A stretch of 64,000 nt of DNA from an uncultured delta proteobacterium. GTDB lineage: Bacteria; Desulfobacterota; Desulfuromonadia; Desulfuromonadales; BM103. Under the pieces are notes generated by a model. The model had not been told where the DNA came from and made no database searches. It saw only the letters and a list, made by a program, of their open reading frames with translations. Positions 59,333 through 64,000 of this stretch are shown piece after piece. Where the stretch lies: assembly GCA_963715335.1 (NCBI GenBank), contig CAVQRZ010000019.1:32001-96000 (forward strand), given 5' to 3'. Position 1 is the stretch's first letter, and every line of letters begins with the position of its first letter. The position numbers and the translations under genes were made by a program.

Positions 59333-60252
59333 AACGTCACCTGCCGTGCCGCAGGGGTCAAGCCGGAGCAGGCCGCCGCGAGTTGGCGGATATGTCCAGG
59401 GGTCGTGCCACAACAGCCGCCGATGATGCTGACACCATCCTGTTCGACAAACGAGGTCATGTGATGAACAAAATCAGCGGGTGTCAACGGGTAGTGGGTT
59501 TTGCCATCCACCACTTCGGGCAGGCCCTGATTCGGCATGCAGGAGATGCGATAGGGCCAGTTATGGCTTAGATAGCGGATATGCGAAGCCATGTCGCTCG
59601 GCCCGGTCGCACAGTTGAGACCGAGGGAGAAGACCGGGAACGGCTCCAGTGTAGCGCAGATGGCCGCTATGTCGCTGCCGACCAGCATGGTCCCCTGACG
59701 CTCCATCGTCACCGAGACCAGCACCGGGATCTCTTTGCCGGTCTCTGCGAGGACTTCGAAGCAGGCCACCAGGGCTGTCTTAACCTGCAGCAGGTCCTGG
59801 CAGGTTTCAATCGCAAGGGCATCAACTCCAGCTTCGACCAGGGCGCGTATCTGCTCCGCCAGGGACCGGGACAACTCCTCCACCGAAATATGCCCCAGCG
59901 ACGGCAGCTTAGTGGTCGGTCCAACCGAACCGGCAATGTAACGACCGGTTCGACCGCCGATCGCGGTGCGGGCGTTGGCAACGGCAGCACGATTGATTTC
60001 GACTACCTTGTCACCAAGATCGTATTCGGCGAGGACAATCGAACTGGCCCCGAAGGTGTTGGTTTCCACAACCATCGCCCCGGCATCGAGAAACGATCCG
60101 TGCAGGGCAACGATCGTATCCGGGGCAGTCAGGTTAAGCAGCTCATTGCACCCTTCACATCCCTGCCATGCTTGATCAGGTATCTGCATCTCCTGCAGGT
60201 TGGTGCCGCAGGCACCGTCGAACAGGAGGACTTTCTCATCACCAAAACTCAT
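59329..60252 (-). CDS. metH: Methionine synthase homocysteine-binding domain (split or frameshifted from the downstream part)
   Basis: LLFDGACGT, ETNTFG, GLNCATGP, PNQGLP, GGCCGTTP. Confidence 0.9.
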   Translation of the reverse strand: MSFGDEKVLLFDGACGTNLQEMQIPDQAWQGCEGCNELLNLTAPDTIVALHGSFLDAGAMVVETNTFGASSIVLAEYDLGDKVVEINRAAVANARTAIGGRTGRYIAGSVGPTTKLPSLGHISVEELSRSLAEQIRALVEAGVDALAIETCQDLLQVKTALVACFEVLAETGKEIPVLVSVTMERQGTMLVGSDIAAICATLEPFPVFSLGLNCATGPSDMASHIRYLSHNWPYRISCMPNQGLPEVVDGKTHYPLTPADFVHHMTSFVEQDGVSIIGGCCGTTPGHIRQLAAACSGLTPAARQVTL

Positions 60253-60365
60253 AACGTGACCATATCCTTGCAAATTAATCGTACGCTTTGACTTCTTTCA
60301 ATTACATTCCAACAAACAGGGCGAACCCGATGGCCCGCCCCGGCAGGTTGCTCAGCTGCAAAAGC

Positions 60366-60557
60366 TCACTGCATCTTCGAACTGCCACACACTATGCACA
60401 CCCGGGCCGTTTCATAGAGGCCATTGTCCTTGTTGTAGACAGAGGCAGGACGCAGGTGCAATTCACAAGTTACCCGAAAGCAGAGGTCGCAGGCCCGGCT
60501 CTCGGTGTTGTCCGATTTGTAATCGCAGACATGACATATCCAGGGGGATTTTTCCAT
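60366..60557 (-). CDS. Small Cys-rich zinc-finger-like protein
   Basis: MEKSPWICHVC...ACDLCFRVTCELH...VCIVC: three CXXC plus CXXH in 63 aa. Confidence 0.7.
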   Translation of the reverse strand: MEKSPWICHVCDYKSDNTESRACDLCFRVTCELHLRPASVYNKDNGLYETARVCIVCGSSKMQ

Positions 60558-60623
60558 TTTACTCTCTAGCGGGAGCGGTGCGCCGTCTGCAACTCTCCGC
60601 AAACTCTCTCTGGCTACCGATGC

Positions 60624-60652
60624 ATTATGACCTCTGGGGGGCATAAAGGCAA
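60624..60652 (-). promoter_or_regulatory. Putative sigma70 promoter for the zinc-finger/metH unit
   Basis: TTGCCT, 17 nt, CATAAT on the minus strand. Confidence 0.5.
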
Positions 60653-60809
60653 GTCAACGCAGACCTGAACCTTAATCTGTGCAGGCCGCTGGAAAGCGCC
60701 TCTTGACCCTTCGGGATAAAACGGTATCCTTGCTTTTGATATTCAGGAGGCGGGGCCGCCTGCGGCCATCCTGATCCAGACCAAGAACTCTCACCCAGAA
60801 GGAATTCCC

Positions 60810-61988
60810 ATGCAAACATTCAATCCACCTGTTCGTACCTTGATGGGCCCCGGACCATCCGATGTTCACCCGAGAGTTCTCGAAGCCCTGTCGCGGCCGA
60901 CCATCGGCCACCTGGACCCGGCTTTTATCAGGATGATGGATGAACTCAAGGAGCTTCTCCAATACACTTTCCAGACCAGCAATGCCATGACCATGCCGGT
61001 CTCCGCCCCCGGTTCGGCTGGGATGGAAACCTGCTTCGTCAACCTGGTGGAACCGGGTGACAAGGTGATCGTCTGCCAGAATGGCGTCTTCGGTGGACGC
61101 ATGAAGGAAAATGTCGAACGCTGCGGCGGTATCGCAGTGATGGTTGAAGACAAATGGGGAGAAGCCATCGACATCAACAAGCTCGAAGATGCCCTCAAGG
61201 CCAACAACGACGCCAGGATTGTTGCCATGGTCCATGCCGAGACGTCCACGGGAGCCCAGTCTGACATAAAATCATTGGTCAGGCTTGCCCACGAGCACGA
61301 TTGCCTGACGATCGTTGACACCGTCACCTCCCTCGGCGGGACCCCGGTTAAGGTTGACGAGTGGGGCATCGATGCCATCTACTCCGGGTCGCAGAAATGC
61401 CTCTCCTGCACGCCCGGTATTGCCCCGGTCAGTTTCAATGAACGTGCCCTGGACAAGGTCCGCAATCGGCAGACCAAAGTACAGAGCTGGTTCATGGACC
61501 TCACCCTGGTCATGGGCTATTGGGGCGAGGGAACCAAGCGGGCTTATCATCACACCGCGCCGATCAATGCGCTTTACGCTCTCCATGAAGCGTTGCTGAT
61601 TCTCCAGGAAGAAGGCCTGGAAAAGGCCTGGGCGCGTCACCGGAAGAACCATCTGGCGCTCAGGGCTGGCCTTGAAGCAATGGGGCTGTCGTTCATCGTC
61701 AAGGAGGCTGACCGGCTGCCGCAATTGAACGCCGTCACCATCCCCGCCGGAGTTGACGATGCGACGGTCCGCGGCCGTCTGCTCAACGAGTACAATCTGG
61801 AGATCGGTGCCGGTCTCGGTGCCCTGGCCGGCAAAGTCTGGCGGATCGGCCTCATGGGCCACGCCAGCCGCGCTGAAAATATCCTGCTCTGCGTTGGTGC
61901 GCTTGAGTCTGTTCTGGGGGACCTGGGCGCCACGATCAACAAAGGGGTCGCCCTGCCGGCCATGCAGAAGGCTCTCGCCCAGCCCTGA
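60810..61988 (+). CDS. Alanine-glyoxylate / serine-pyruvate aminotransferase (class V)
   Basis: LMGPGPS, HAETSTG, DTVTSLGG, SGSQKCLS, WRIGLMG. Confidence 0.94.
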   Translation: MQTFNPPVRTLMGPGPSDVHPRVLEALSRPTIGHLDPAFIRMMDELKELLQYTFQTSNAMTMPVSAPGSAGMETCFVNLVEPGDKVIVCQNGVFGGRMKENVERCGGIAVMVEDKWGEAIDINKLEDALKANNDARIVAMVHAETSTGAQSDIKSLVRLAHEHDCLTIVDTVTSLGGTPVKVDEWGIDAIYSGSQKCLSCTPGIAPVSFNERALDKVRNRQTKVQSWFMDLTLVMGYWGEGTKRAYHHTAPINALYALHEALLILQEEGLEKAWARHRKNHLALRAGLEAMGLSFIVKEADRLPQLNAVTIPAGVDDATVRGRLLNEYNLEIGAGLGALAGKVWRIGLMGHASRAENILLCVGALESVLGDLGATINKGVALPAMQKALAQP

Positions 61989-62095
61989 AAGTCCTTTTGC
62001 AAACGGCCTGGCAGCGACACGAGTGTCCCGGCCAGGCCGTAACCTGCGGCCTTTTCTCTTTCGTCAACCCGCCCGTCGCGCCCTGGGTGCTCGCC

Positions 62096-63724
62096 TCAGT
62101 AATTTTCGTGACCGCTTTTCTGCAGGTAGTAATCGTAATTGCCTTCGTAGGAGAGCATCTCTCCATGATCAATGGCAAAAACCCGCGACACCAGTGAACG
62201 CAGGAAGTGGCGGTCGTGGCTGACCAGAACCACGGTGCCGGCGAAAGCCTGCAAAGCCTCCAGCAAGACCTCGCGTGATTGAATGTCCAGGTGATTGGTC
62301 GGTTCATCAAGCACCAGGAAGTTGAGTGGCCGAGCCAGGAGCATCGCCAGCACCACCCGGCTCTTCTCCCCGCCGGACAGGTTCGCTATGCGTTTTTCAA
62401 CATCATCGCCCTGAAACAAAAATGCGGCGCAAAGGTTGCGGATGACCCCGATCGAAGCCATCGGCATCGTCTCCTGGATCGTTGCAAAAACGGTCTTTCC
62501 CGCATCGAGCAGCTCCATCGAATGCTGACTGAAGTAACCGAGATGGACGTTGGCGCCAATCGTCACACTCCCGGCCGTCGGTTCGGTCTGCCCCGCCAGG
62601 CATTTCAGAAAGGTTGACTTGCCGGCGCCGTTGACCCCGACTACGGCAATCTTCTCGCCGCGGCGGATCAAGCCGGAGACCCCGCCAAAGACGGACTTTT
62701 CTTGCCCCTCAGGCAGCGGCCAGATTTTGGCCAAGCCGTCTATCCTGGCAACGTCATCGCCAGCGCGTGGCGGCTCGGCAAATTGGAATTTGACCACTTT
62801 CTGTTCGGCCGGGATTTCAATGCGCTCGATCTTCTCGAGCTTTTTGACCCGTGACTGCACCTGGGCTGCATGGGAAGCGCGGGCCGCGAACCGGCTGATG
62901 AAGTCCTCTTCCTTGGCGAGCATTTCCTGCTGGCGCCGGTGGCTGGCGAGCAACTGTTCACGACGGAGCTCCCGCTCGCGCAGATAAAAATCGTAATTGC
63001 CACTATAGGTCGTGATGGTCCCGGAGCAGACCTCGATGATCCGCGACACCAGGCGATTCATGAATTCACGATCATGGCTCGTCATCAGCACCGCGCCCTT
63101 GAATTCGGTTGCCAGCCAATTCTCGAGCCAGACAATCGACTCGACATCAAGGTGGTTGGTCGGCTCATCCAGCAGCAGCACATCCGGGTTGAGTGTCAGT
63201 ATCCTGGCCAGGGCAATCCGCATTTTCCAGCCGCCGCTGAAGCTCTCGACCGGCCGGTGGTAAGCTTCCGGACCGACCCCGAGCCCTGTCAGGACCGCCT
63301 GGGCGCGGTTCTCCAGATCATAACCGCCACGATGCTCAAACTCTTCCTGTGCATCGCCATACTTTTCCAGCAGTGTCGTCAGGGCGTCATCAGCCATCGG
63401 CTCGCACATGGCGGCTTCCATGGCTTTGATCTCTTCACCAAGCTGCATGGTGCGGGCAGATGCTGCCATAACCTCGACCAGGGCTGACCGGCCGTTCATT
63501 TCACCAACGTCCTGTGAGAAATAACCGATGACGGTTTTTTTACTGCAGCTGATCTCGCCGCCATCGAGTTGTTCCTCGCCAGTGATCAGGCGGAAGATTG
63601 TCGACTTGCCGGCACCGTTCGGGCCGACCAGGCCGCTGCGACTGCCCGGAGTGATCTGGAAGCTGGCGTTCTGGAAGAGGACGTGCGTGCCGTGCTGTCG
63701 GGTGATGTTGATCAGATGTACCAT
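62096..63724 (-). CDS. ABC-F family ATPase
   Basis: Two ABC cassettes (GPNGAGKS / FSGG / LDEPTNHLD and GVNGAGKS / LSGGE / LDEPTNHLD), no TM segments. Confidence 0.95.
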   Translation of the reverse strand: MVHLINITRQHGTHVLFQNASFQITPGSRSGLVGPNGAGKSTIFRLITGEEQLDGGEISCSKKTVIGYFSQDVGEMNGRSALVEVMAASARTMQLGEEIKAMEAAMCEPMADDALTTLLEKYGDAQEEFEHRGGYDLENRAQAVLTGLGVGPEAYHRPVESFSGGWKMRIALARILTLNPDVLLLDEPTNHLDVESIVWLENWLATEFKGAVLMTSHDREFMNRLVSRIIEVCSGTITTYSGNYDFYLRERELRREQLLASHRRQQEMLAKEEDFISRFAARASHAAQVQSRVKKLEKIERIEIPAEQKVVKFQFAEPPRAGDDVARIDGLAKIWPLPEGQEKSVFGGVSGLIRRGEKIAVVGVNGAGKSTFLKCLAGQTEPTAGSVTIGANVHLGYFSQHSMELLDAGKTVFATIQETMPMASIGVIRNLCAAFLFQGDDVEKRIANLSGGEKSRVVLAMLLARPLNFLVLDEPTNHLDIQSREVLLEALQAFAGTVVLVSHDRHFLRSLVSRVFAIDHGEMLSYEGNYDYYLQKSGHENY

Positions 63725-63741
63725 TGATTGACCTCAAAGAA

Positions 63742-63771
63742 CCGGGGAGCAGCCAACTGGCTGCTCCCCGG
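63742..63771 (-). terminator. Hairpin between ppnP and the ABC-F gene
   Basis: CCGGGGAGCAGCCA / TGGCTGCTCCCCGG perfect stem. Confidence 0.6.
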
Positions 63772-63795
63772 GAAAACATTTTTTCATGGACCGCT

Positions 63796-64000
63796 TTACT
63801 CGAAGGAACAGACGTACTCGGTGATGCCGGTCTTGACCTCGATGGTAAAAGACGAATTGCCAGGCACTTTGAAAAATGAACCAGGTGCGTAGTCCGTCGA
63901 CTGCTCTTCCCCGGCCAAGAGAACCCGGCAGCTGCCGGCTATAATTTCCATGACTTCGGGGACTTTGGTGTCAAATTTATAACTTCCCGGGTAAACCAGG
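63796..64000 (-). CDS. ppnP: Pyrimidine/purine nucleoside phosphorylase (DUF1255), partial; starts beyond the window
   Basis: Read manually: LVYPGSYKFDTKVPEVMEIIAGSCRV...FKVPGNSSFTIEV...YVCSFE*. Confidence 0.88.
   Translation of the reverse strand, partial: LVYPGSYKFDTKVPEVMEIIAGSCRVLLAGEEQSTDYAPGSFFKVPGNSSFTIEVKTGITEYVCSFE

Overview
Chromosomal DNA of an anaerobic deltaproteobacterium, most likely Desulfuromonadia (Desulfuromonas/Geobacter-like). The inference rests on a ccsA-hemACDB operon, a decaheme cytochrome plus heme-motif porin, GSU3473-like small proteins and 7-bp periodic intergenic repeats. Most of the roughly 60 genes are housekeeping or metabolic: thyX, cobO, glpD, heme synthesis, trxA, dtd, nfo, dapF, RND efflux, rsmE-prmA, a two-component system plus DegP, ilvE, metF/metH, ABC-F and ppnP. 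I found no rRNA, tRNA, CRISPR array, transposase or integrase. Highlights: (1) An uncharacterised 8-9 gene envelope operon at 5.5-15.2 kb. It pairs a MotA/TolQ/ExbB channel with two ExbD/MotB-like Asp-helix, coiled-coil, vWA proteins, an FHA-PEGA-FGE-like protein, a TPR protein, lipoproteins and small secreted proteins, and is a candidate novel ion-driven trans-envelope motor. (2) An unassigned, highly base-paired ~285-nt intergenic element upstream of that operon. (3) An outer-membrane heme-motif beta-barrel with an in-frame UGA and SECIS-like hairpin (selenoprotein). (4) A NiSOD (sodN-sodX) pair in an anaerobe. (5) A small islet flanked by a diverged partial duplicate of a J-domain gene, with an internally deleted gene. 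At least nine single-base frameshifts, mostly in the first 15 kb, look like assembly errors. All family assignments come from motif recognition, not database searches.
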